From a virus (taxonomy: Duplodnaviria; Caudoviricetes): a stretch of 55,002 bases of DNA. Under the pieces are notes generated by a model. It saw only the letters and a list, made by a program, of their open reading frames with translations, was not told the DNA's origin and made no database searches. The stretch covers positions 1-55,002 of the IMG/VR virus record IMGVR_UViG_3300037245_001061. The stretch is one strand, 5' to 3'. This document shows positions 28,854-35,834 of the stretch, one piece after another. A program made the translations under genes and the position numbers. Each line of letters opens with the position of its first letter. The stretch's first letter is position 1.

Positions 28854-29075
28854 TTATAAACCTATTCCGTTCCACGCATCAGTAGCGCCTTGCAACGTGT
28901 CTTTAATTGGCCCACAACAAACGCAATCAGGGCAAACCCAGTAATAAATAGGCTCTTCACAGTCGCTCATATCTGGCGGTGGGGTTGTGTCATTAACATT
29001 CCTGCTTTTACAGAAACGGCACGCATCTAGCTTATCTTGCTCCTTTAAGCGTTCTCTCAATTCTTTTACTTTCAT
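28854..29075 (-). CDS. Lar-like (restriction alleviation) zinc-finger protein
   Basis: From ATG 29075 (GGAGG RBS): CRFC...V.CPDC..CGP......A..AWN. Confidence 0.6.
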   Translation of the reverse strand: MKVKELRERLKEQDKLDACRFCKSRNVNDTTPPPDMSDCEEPIYYWVCPDCVCCGPIKDTLQGATDAWNGIGL

Positions 29076-29162
29076 AATTCCTCCATAGTTAATAGTTGAC
29101 ATCCCCATCCATTGTGTTAATATGAGTACCAAGTTGAGGAGTATTCCTCCTCCCAAGTTAAT

Positions 29163-29239
29163 GCCCTTGTAGCTCAGCTGGATAGAGCATCCCCCTCCTA
29201 AGGGGAAGGTCAGTGGTTCGAATCCACTCAAGGGTGCCA
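29163..29239 (+). tRNA. tRNA-Arg(CCT)
   Basis: GCCCTTG/CAAGGGT+G+CCA, AGCTCAGCTGGATAGAGC D-arm, TCCCC-CTCCTAA-GGGGA, GGTTCGAATCC. Confidence 0.95.
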
Positions 29240-29265
29240 ATTAAAGTAGTGTACCTCTAAAAGAG

Positions 29266-29294
29266 ATACTAGTAGTATATTAACCAAATGTCAA
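29266..29294 (-). promoter_or_regulatory. Promoter TTGACA-N17-TAGTAT (leftward)
   Basis: Perfect -35, 17-nt spacer; points into the left array. Confidence 0.6.
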
Positions 29295-29304
29295 GGGGGT
29301 ATTT

Positions 29305-29673
29305 ATGGACTTAAGTGAGGTAGGTGAGGAGTTAGGGGAAAAGGTGGTATTTGATGGTAATATCGATCATGTATACCAAGAGTTGATCCTAGAGGGTATG
29401 ACTACCATAGAGTACTTGGTAAGACGAGACTTCTATGGTAGACTAGGTAACTATACTAGAGCCTCTAGGGGTATCAGTGTAGATAACTATGGTGATATCA
29501 CTATATGTGATAAGGATGATGGTGTGATAAGTGAGCACTCTAGTGAGACTGGTAAGGGGTGTGCATCTGGCAATGGCCAGTATAGCCATGGCACTGGGAT
29601 AGAGTTTGAAGACTATCTAATGGAATTAGAGGAGCCTACTGAGGGGAGTCTATTTACTCTATGTAATGATTGA
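29305..29673 (+). CDS. Acidic hypothetical protein (paralog of 26799-27098)
   Basis: AAGGGGG RBS; shared EY..RR.FYG motif. Confidence 0.65.
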   Translation: MDLSEVGEELGEKVVFDGNIDHVYQELILEGMTTIEYLVRRDFYGRLGNYTRASRGISVDNYGDITICDKDDGVISEHSSETGKGCASGNGQYSHGTGIEFEDYLMELEEPTEGSLFTLCND

Positions 29674-29698
29674 CATAGACTACTATGTATACTAGTAT
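29670..29698 (+). promoter_or_regulatory. Promoter TTGACA-N17-TAGTAT (rightward)
   Basis: Perfect -35; the 14-mer TACTAGTATCTCTT is identical to that of the leftward promoter. Confidence 0.6.
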
Positions 29699-29936
29699 CT
29701 CTTATATGGAGGGGGGAGTTATATACACTCTAATAGATTATTAAGATCCTTGAGGAGTAGCCCTAGGGGGTTAACATATAAGAGAGAAGGGGTAAGAACC
29801 ATTAAGTATTACCTTGGGGTTTCCTTTAGCTTGTGATATATGGCTACAGCCCAATGGATACGGGGGCTTTGGTAGTATTGCTATTAGAAAAGCTCACTAG
29901 TAATTTAGAACATTATAAGATTTATTGAAATAGTAC

Positions 29937-29966
29937 TTGACTTTTAAGTGGTTTACACCCCTTAAT
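29937..29966 (+). promoter_or_regulatory. Promoter TTGACT-N18-CTTAAT
   Basis: Upstream of polymerase-like gene; same -10 context as 26744-26773. Confidence 0.45.
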
Positions 29967-30075
29967 AGTGTGTAGCTAGGGAGGATACCTACTAGTGTTG
30001 ATTACTACAAACAGGTAGTAGTATCGCTCACACCAACAAAGACAGGGGTTATAAGAGGAATGGGGTTATTATTAG

Positions 30076-31440
30076 TTGATTACTTTAGGGAGGGTAAGGT
30101 CATTGAAGTATGATATCGTAAGCTTAAGTAGCGATGACAGAGACTCCCTACGGCTAAAGTACATGTGGTCTTCCGATAGGGTTAATAGGAGGCAGTCCTT
30201 ATCTAAGATAAAGAAAGAGTTAACCCGTAAGGCTGGCCTAAGGAAGTCAGAGGCGGCTAGCTGGTTAGTGACACAGGCGGTGACGGCGTGTAGGAATGAC
30301 TACGTAGGGATAACTGTCTCCCTAAACTCTAACTACTGGATAGGCCACTCAGCAGGCGTTGGGTACAAGTCCCTCATAAAGCTGGTAAACTGGCTGGAGG
30401 AGACAGGTAGAGTAGACATCTACAAGGGGTATAAGGACAGCAGAGGGGGTGGGGTGGTAAGCTCCCCTACAGTACTAATATTCAAGAAGACATTCATCAA
30501 TGAATTGTCTAAAGTCAACCAGAAGGCTGCCGTCCACAAGAAGGGCCTAGTAAAGTCCACCCATGAGATAATCAAGAGGGGGACAAAGGAGAGGCTCCCC
30601 TTGGTGGGAATTCCTGACTTTGAAGAGAACAATGCCCTCTTGCTCCGTTGGGCAGTCCTACTCGATGGGAAGGTTACCTATGAGGGACACCCCACGGGGT
30701 ATATACAAGCAGTTAGAAAGTTCACAGATCGTTACGGCCTTGGTGGTCGATTATACTTAGGGGGTGTCCAGACTTTGAAAGCATCAAATAGATTAAAGCA
30801 CATTAAGCTAAACAACAATCCAGTGGTGGAGCTAGACTACTCTAGCCAGCACCCACACTTCCTCTACCAGCTTAATAATAACCTCCTAGGCAGGGAGGAG
30901 TTCACTAAGGAGGCTCTAGGGAAGCACTTCACGCCCTACGGAGCTGATGTGTACGACCTAGTGACGATAGAGCAGTCTTGTATAGATGAGATGACTAAGC
31001 TCCATGGGAAGCCCTATGACCCTATCAGAGCCTTGTGTAAGTCTGCCCTAATGATGTGTATCAACACTACCAGTAGGAAGTCAGCTGCTGGTGCCCTACG
31101 CAAGGTTATAGAGGAAGACCGTGAGAAGGACTTCAGCACACGTAAGTTCCACGGAGCCACTATCAGTAAGTACGCTGAGTTTTGCCAAAGACTAGTAGAC
31201 CACAATGATACGATTAAGGGTGGATTATTTATAGGTTATGGCTTGATATTACAGATGTATGATAGTATGATAGCTCTAAATGTTGTGGGCACCTTCGTAG
31301 ACCAAGGGCTGCCGATACTAAGTTACCATGACTCTTTCATTGTGGAGGAGGAGAATGAGGACTTTCTTCGGGAGACTATGGCTCATGCTTGGGGGCATGT
31401 TATGGGGAGCCCACAATTCTGTAAGATAGACAAGAAGTGA
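30076..31440 (+). CDS. Compact PolA/T7-RNA-polymerase superfamily protein
   Basis: GGRLY, motif A VELDYSSQHP, motif B RALCK, LQMYDS, motif C ILSYHDSFIV; no exonuclease motifs recognised. Confidence 0.65.
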   Translation: MITLGRVRSLKYDIVSLSSDDRDSLRLKYMWSSDRVNRRQSLSKIKKELTRKAGLRKSEAASWLVTQAVTACRNDYVGITVSLNSNYWIGHSAGVGYKSLIKLVNWLEETGRVDIYKGYKDSRGGGVVSSPTVLIFKKTFINELSKVNQKAAVHKKGLVKSTHEIIKRGTKERLPLVGIPDFEENNALLLRWAVLLDGKVTYEGHPTGYIQAVRKFTDRYGLGGRLYLGGVQTLKASNRLKHIKLNNNPVVELDYSSQHPHFLYQLNNNLLGREEFTKEALGKHFTPYGADVYDLVTIEQSCIDEMTKLHGKPYDPIRALCKSALMMCINTTSRKSAAGALRKVIEEDREKDFSTRKFHGATISKYAEFCQRLVDHNDTIKGGLFIGYGLILQMYDSMIALNVVGTFVDQGLPILSYHDSFIVEEENEDFLRETMAHAWGHVMGSPQFCKIDKK

Positions 31441-31497
31441 GGGTAAGACATACTGGTTGTTACATTTTTGATGATTAAATTTAATGGAGATATTATT

Positions 31498-31698
31498 ATG
31501 ATGTTGAGTGAGCAATTAAAGCAAGACCATGAGTGTGGCGACTTTGGTAAGGCGCTAGAGGGTTATGCCGAAAGAGCTGCAAAGCTTGAGCAGATAGTTG
31601 AAGCCGTGGCGCATATAGGTGTTGATTTTGGCTATGGAAGATTCGACCTTGATAAGGGTCATATTGCACAGGCGAAAGAGTTAACTAGTGACGCCTAA
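31498..31698 (+). CDS. Cassette hypothetical protein
   Basis: GGAG RBS; stop TAA is part of GCCTAAC. Confidence 0.65.
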   Translation: MMLSEQLKQDHECGDFGKALEGYAERAAKLEQIVEAVAHIGVDFGYGRFDLDKGHIAQAKELTSDA

Positions 31699-31778
31699 CC
31701 TAGAGACAAATTGCGGCACACCATAGCCGCAGGAAACAAACTAAACTTTAACCCGTCAATTTCGTTGGGTTGTTAACT
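31693..31778 (-). repeat. attC-like site 1 (bottom-like strand is +)
   Basis: GCCTAAC...ACAAATTGCGG...CCGTCAATTTCGT...GTTAACT. Confidence 0.7.
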
Positions 31779-31788
31779 GTTTTACGGA

Positions 31789-31974
31789 GTGGGATTTATG
31801 AGTAGTGGGCATAGCTGGGAATCACCAGAGCTAGAAAAATGTGAACTGTGTGGGGACAAAGACTACATGGCCGACAAGTTTTGCGGCGGAAACCTTGAAG
31901 TGGCTGAGCAGCGAAAAGAGTGGCTAGAAGGGTTGCGTGGCCAAGAGCATAGCGCCGCATGTGCTAACAGTTAA
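31789..31974 (+). CDS. Cassette hypothetical protein (Cys-containing)
   Basis: Between attC-like sites; ends ACAGTTAA|C. Confidence 0.6.
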   Translation: MGFMSSGHSWESPELEKCELCGDKDYMADKFCGGNLEVAEQRKEWLEGLRGQEHSAACANS

Positions 31975-32056
31975 CGCCTAACCCAAAGCTCAATTGTGAG
32001 CGAATCAACTTGCTTTGACTTTGCGCCAATTAAGACGTTTAGAATGATTGATTTAG

Positions 32057-32521
32057 TTGGTTTATAATGCTGGAGGTAATGACCGAATGACTTGTGGATG
32101 TGAAAATGAAGGCGGTGAGAGCTGCCATGCTGGCGAAGATTGCGCCGTAATTGAGAGAATTAATTCGTCTGTGGATTACGTAGCAGATTTAGAGAAGAAG
32201 ATGGTCTCCGAGGGGTTTAGGGTGCCGGGGAAGGACTTGAAAGACCAAGATGTATGCAGAGAACTACTGCGGGTAGTCGCTGCCTTCGCGCAGAGCGTCC
32301 CTTTGAATGATTGGTTAGCTGTGGAGGCTGAGATTATGACAGGACTACAGGAAGCAATGGACTTACTCTGTGAGGCTATGAGAGAAGAACGAAAACGGAT
32401 AAGCGAAGAACTTTATGAGATGCAAGGCACTGTGAGCCAGTTTGCAACATCAAAAGAATGTATTGCTTATAACCGAGCACTACGTGAGGCCGCAGAGAAA
32501 ATAATTGCTGGGGACAGCTAA
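32057..32521 (+). CDS. Chimeric ORF; real cassette gene probably 32336-32521
   Basis: Internal attC right half plus GGAGG RBS (32292-32334) precede ATG 32336. Confidence 0.45.
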   Translation: MVYNAGGNDRMTCGCENEGGESCHAGEDCAVIERINSSVDYVADLEKKMVSEGFRVPGKDLKDQDVCRELLRVVAAFAQSVPLNDWLAVEAEIMTGLQEAMDLLCEAMREERKRISEELYEMQGTVSQFATSKECIAYNRALREAAEKIIAGDS

Positions 32522-32576
32522 CCATTAGGTAATTTGACGTAGCGAAGCGGAGGTCATTTTGATTAATTTGTTAAGT
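32516..32576 (-). repeat. attC-like site 2
   Basis: AGCTAAC...GCGAAGC apex...GTTAAGT, 61 bp. Confidence 0.75.
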
Positions 32577-32771
32577 CTTTTGGGTCTAAAAAAGAAAGAG
32601 AAGCCCCCAAAGTGGAGACTGGTGCCAGATGAGGATGGTACATATACATTAGAGAAATGGGATGACTTAGTGGGCTATCTCTGTGAAACAGTAAGAGTAA
32701 CGCCAGAAGAGGCTGACAAACAAATTGAGAGGTTAGAGGGAAAAATCCTCTACTACAGAGAAGACAGCTAA
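32559..32771 (+). CDS. Cassette hypothetical protein (TTG start inside attC)
   Basis: GGAGG at 32549 and TTG at 32559 lie within site 2. Confidence 0.55.
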   Translation: MINLLSLLGLKKKEKPPKWRLVPDEDGTYTLEKWDDLVGYLCETVRVTPEEADKQIERLEGKILYYREDS

Positions 32772-32828
32772 CCGTTAGTTAATTTGTGAGGAATGAAATG
32801 ACGAATCAATTTGAACGACTTGTTATGC
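32766..32828 (-). repeat. attC-like site 3
   Basis: AGCTAAC..GTTAATTTG...CAATTTGAAC..GTTATGC; extra G on 3' arm. Confidence 0.8.
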
Positions 32829-33160
32829 GCCTGCTTCAAGTCACCGCTAAACATGATGACTACGCCCTATGGTGGAGGACTGACGGAGAATACGCGCCAG
32901 TTACATTCTTCATAAACTGCGACGACCTTTTCTTTTGGGCCTGTGCTGATTGTGAGGCGGTTACTGAAGAGAATATTTCAAACCTTGAGCAAGCTTATGA
33001 GGATGCAAAAGGTTGCTATGAGTATGGCTCTTGCTACGCACAATTATTGTTTTGCTGTCGGCAAAGAGGCATGAGGCCGCAACAGCCCTATTATAAAGAG
33101 CTGCCTGAACAAATGTGGGGCCTGTTCAACAAGTGTGGGCCAGAGAGAACTGACGCATAA
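32798..33160 (+). CDS. Cassette hypothetical protein (start inside attC)
   Basis: GAGGA RBS and ATG within site 3; C.D.F.WACAD.E and RGMRPQ..YY motifs recur in phage proteins. Confidence 0.7.
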   Translation: MTNQFERLVMRLLQVTAKHDDYALWWRTDGEYAPVTFFINCDDLFFWACADCEAVTEENISNLEQAYEDAKGCYEYGSCYAQLLFCCRQRGMRPQQPYYKELPEQMWGLFNKCGPERTDA

Positions 33161-33209
33161 CGGTTGCAAACACTGGCGAGCGCAGATAGATGAGTGGAAG
33201 GAATGATTT

Positions 33210-33440
33210 ATGGAATTGTTAAATGTGGAGGACGGTATAATGTGGGAAGATATTAAAGATGCACCTATTGGCACGGAGATGTTTGTCGTAAAGACATTTG
33301 GTGTGAGTAATGGACTTACAGGAGGGCAGACATACACCTCTGACCCTTGGTGTGTCTGGCAGCAAAAAGAAGGGGAGTTCTCAAGGTGGCCGCATAAGTT
33401 CCCGCCTACGCATTTCTTGAGGCTACCAACGAATGGATAG
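33210..33440 (+). CDS. Hypothetical protein (W..I..AP..T...PTH motif family)
   Basis: AAGGA RBS; follows a half attC starting at 33155. Confidence 0.65.
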   Translation: MELLNVEDGIMWEDIKDAPIGTEMFVVKTFGVSNGLTGGQTYTSDPWCVWQQKEGEFSRWPHKFPPTHFLRLPTNG

Positions 33441-33493
33441 GATTATGACGGGTAGCACAAATATACGGCCAGATTGGCGCGGACTTGGGTGAC

Positions 33494-33551
33494 AGTTAAC
33501 CCAGTTATAAGCGCGTTGCTGTAAGCCATCCGCTTGACCGCTTTGTTATAT
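33494..33551 (-). repeat. attC-like site 4
   Basis: AGTTAAC..TAAGCG...CGCTTGA..GTTATAT. Confidence 0.65.
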
Positions 33552-33625
33552 TTTGGAGAGAATTATGATTATTTTTCATGGCACTGCTGACCCAACACCC
33601 ACACAAAACTAAGAGGAATTAAATA

Positions 33626-34063
33626 ATGAAGATGGATAAAGTTGCAGGAAGTGGTAAGGATGAGTTTTACACGCCAAAATATGCTGTTTTGCCTATTTTC
33701 AACAACTTGTCAGCTGCTGGAGGTGGCACAATGGAAATACAGGATACAAAAAAAGTTTGGGTTGCATGGACTAACACTGATTGCACAGAAGGTAGAGGGA
33801 GGCAAATACCAAAATCAGTTTGTGAGGCTGAAGCTACGGCCATCCGTGTTGGTAAGAAGGGGTATGTACAAGGTAGTGATTGCCCAGTTAGCGAAGCCAT
33901 TGCGGTAAGAGTTAATAATTGCTGGCTAGTTCCGGGTGTTATTGTGCCGACGATAAAAGATGATATTGCAACACAAAAACGCCTTGATGAAAAACGAGCT
34001 GTTATTGAAAAAGCAAAAGCTGCTGGACTAACTGAAGAAGACTTGAATGCGCTAGGCAGATAA
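33626..34063 (+). CDS. Chimeric ORF: DEFYTP methyltransferase-like N-terminal scrap fused to cassette gene (ATG 33731)
   Basis: Internal half attC end (TTGTCAGCTGC) and GGAGG RBS before ATG 33731. Confidence 0.55.
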   Translation: MKMDKVAGSGKDEFYTPKYAVLPIFNNLSAAGGGTMEIQDTKKVWVAWTNTDCTEGRGRQIPKSVCEAEATAIRVGKKGYVQGSDCPVSEAIAVRVNNCWLVPGVIVPTIKDDIATQKRLDEKRAVIEKAKAAGLTEEDLNALGR

Positions 34064-34114
34064 CACTTGAGTTAATTTGCTGCGAAGCAGACAACATTGA
34101 ACGATTTGTTAAAC
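34058..34114 (-). repeat. attC-like site 5
   Basis: AGATAAC..GTTAATTTGCTGC-GAA-GCAGACAACATTGAAC..GTTAAAC. Confidence 0.85.
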
Positions 34115-34133
34115 GCCTTCGGAGGCACAGAAA

Positions 34134-34322
34134 ATGAGCAAATGGACAAAGCCAGAATTAGAAAACATGCTTGAGGACGTGGTAAATACTCTTGATTTAT
34201 CTGAATGGATGGTTCACGAGCATGGCCAGCATGGGACTGCACCAGCAGAGCTTGTAAGGCTAGTTCTTGAGCAAAAGGACTTGGAGATAAGGGCGCTTAA
34301 GCAAGGCTTTGTAAGCGTTTAA
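34134..34322 (+). CDS. Cassette hypothetical protein
   Basis: GGAGG RBS; ends GCGTTTAA|C. Confidence 0.7.
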   Translation: MSKWTKPELENMLEDVVNTLDLSEWMVHEHGQHGTAPAELVRLVLEQKDLEIRALKQGFVSV

Positions 34323-34386
34323 CCCCAAATGTTCACTGCGTGAACGAAGCGTAGCGCAGTGAATCCAGTGCAACGAGTTGTTATAA
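34317..34386 (-). repeat. attC-like site 6
   Basis: GTTTAAC..GTTCACTG...CAGTGCAAC..GTTATAA. Confidence 0.8.
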
Positions 34387-34402
34387 ACCGAGGTAAGACA
34401 AA

Positions 34403-34675
34403 ATGATTACTGTTTTTAAATATGAAATACCCCCTTACAACGCTGCAATTAAATTACCTGTTGGCGCAGAGATATTAAGCGTTGCTTTTCAGCGCGATGT
34501 TTTTTCCATGTGGGCGAAAGTTGACACAGAAGTCGAAACAGAAGAACGTAATTTTGAAGCGTTTGGAACTGGCCACGAAATGCCGTACAACATGGGATTA
34601 GATTATGCCTTTGTTGGAACCGCCCACATGGATAACGGGTTGGTCTTTCATGCGTTTGAGCGTTTAGGTTTATAA
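34403..34675 (+). CDS. Cassette protein of common phage family (I.KY.I...LP.GA.ILSV...GTG...LVFH)
   Basis: GAGG RBS; ends GGTTTATAA|C. Confidence 0.75.
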   Translation: MITVFKYEIPPYNAAIKLPVGAEILSVAFQRDVFSMWAKVDTEVETEERNFEAFGTGHEMPYNMGLDYAFVGTAHMDNGLVFHAFERLGL

Positions 34676-34721
34676 CGCTTGAGCACATAAGCCGCAGGTC
34701 TTTTGCTGCGATTTGTTATAC
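34670..34721 (-). repeat. attC-like site 7
   Basis: TTATAACGCTTGAGCACA...TGCTGCGATTTGTTATAC; sister of site 10. Confidence 0.75.
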
Positions 34722-34740
34722 CTTTTAAGGACTAAGAACT

Positions 34741-34935
34741 ATGAGTATGTATACAGGCTTAGTAGATACAATAAGAGCCACTAAGAAAAAATACGGACTA
34801 GAAGACTCACAGGTAGTTGAATTATTTATTGATGTGATTGGTTGCGTTGAGTGGGACTTAGATGGAGTTGATTATGATGGTGATGATTGGCCTGAGCAAG
34901 AACGAGTGGCAGCAAAGAAGGCGCTAGAGTTATAA
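34741..34935 (+). CDS. Cassette hypothetical protein
   Basis: AAGGA RBS; ends AGTTATAA|C. Confidence 0.65.
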   Translation: MSMYTGLVDTIRATKKKYGLEDSQVVELFIDVIGCVEWDLDGVDYDGDDWPEQERVAAKKALEL

Positions 34936-35061
34936 CCTAGAGCTTTGCGGCCCGCGAATTAAACAGGAGAACTATGATGGAAGCACAGATTAAATATGAA
35001 ACTACCCCGCCTGAAGCTAAAGACGAGGTTAGCGGGTCGCGCCAAAAGCGGGTTGTTATGT
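34930..35061 (-). repeat. attC-like site 8 (long, coding loop)
   Basis: TTATAAC..GCTTTGCGGCCCGC ... GCGGGTCGCGCCAAAAGC..GTTATGT, 132 bp. Confidence 0.75.
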
Positions 35062-35261
35062 GTGGTGACTTGTTACAAGGTGGTGCAATAATATCAGGTC
35101 GCGGTGTTGAAGAGTGGACTGATTACCCTCGATATAGGGTTGTTGCTATACACATGAATAGAGTGACGATGTTTCTGGAAACACTTAACTCAAAAGGCGA
35201 AATCGTAGGCTGTGAAAAAATGGATTTTACAAGTGACCAATGGAGGCATTGGGACACATAA
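34974..35261 (+). CDS. Cassette hypothetical protein (first ~27 codons inside attC)
   Basis: AGGAG RBS and ATG in the loop of site 8; ends ACACATAA|C. Confidence 0.65.
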   Translation: MMEAQIKYETTPPEAKDEVSGSRQKRVVMCGDLLQGGAIISGRGVEEWTDYPRYRVVAIHMNRVTMFLETLNSKGEIVGCEKMDFTSDQWRHWDT

Positions 35262-35327
35262 CCTTTTTATTTTGCTGCTGTGATTGAGCGCAGCGATTGA
35301 ATAGTCTGCAACAATTGGTTGTTATAC
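35256..35327 (-). repeat. attC-like site 9
   Basis: ACATAAC..ATTTTGC...GCAACAAT..GTTATAC. Confidence 0.7.
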
Positions 35328-35352
35328 GTTTTAAAACACTAGAGGAACGATT

Positions 35353-35493
35353 ATGTACCTATTTATTTTAGAAGATGGCGAAGTATTAAAAAGCGTTGAA
35401 TTTGGCGATGGTGATAAAGCTGCTGCTGACAACGGAATACTTGAAGTAATAGACCTACACGATGAAAACCCGAAGCAGTATAGAGAATTATGA
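35353..35493 (+). pseudogene. Truncated cassette ORF (46 aa)
   Basis: GAGGA RBS; MYLFILEDGEV... ends inside the 43-bp duplicated segment. Confidence 0.45.
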
Positions 35494-35759
35494 TTATTTT
35501 TCATGGCACTGCTGACCCAACACCTATACTAAGCGGAGATATGGCTGAAGGTACTTGGTTAGCTGGGCATAGATTTCATGCTTTTAGGTTGGCTGAAAGG
35601 AGAGTTAAAGATAGGGGTGGGGAGCCTATTGTACTAGAGATCGAGATAGCCACAGGGAGCTTTGATAGAATAGAGGGAAGGAATAGCCCTACATACAGAT
35701 TTTGTGGTGGGGATTACAGGGTTCTGGCACTACATAAGATGAGTAGGGTAGAAATATAA
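35490..35759 (+). CDS. Cassette protein with FHGT motif (possibly ADP-ribosyltransferase-like fold)
   Basis: MIIFHGT...G.WL......A..........G.P.VL pattern; ends AAATATAA|C. Confidence 0.55.
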   Translation: MIIFHGTADPTPILSGDMAEGTWLAGHRFHAFRLAERRVKDRGGEPIVLEIEIATGSFDRIEGRNSPTYRFCGGDYRVLALHKMSRVEI

Positions 35760-35807
35760 CGCTGGAACACATAATCGCGCAGCGTATTTTGCTGTGATTT
35801 GTTATAC
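35754..35807 (-). repeat. attC-like site 10
   Basis: ATATAACGCTGGAACACA...TGCTGTGATTTGTTATAC. Confidence 0.75.
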
Positions 35808-35834
35808 GCATTTAAAATACTAAAGGTAAAAATT

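Noticed and set aside
29076-29240. N-terminal extension of ORF 28854-29240
   Set aside because: It is the antisense of tRNA-Arg; the RBS supports ATG 29075.
30076-31440. Reverse transcriptase (retron/DGR)
   Set aside because: No YxDD motif; HDSF and DYS motifs fit superfamily A. No TR/VR pair with adenine-specific mismatches was seen.
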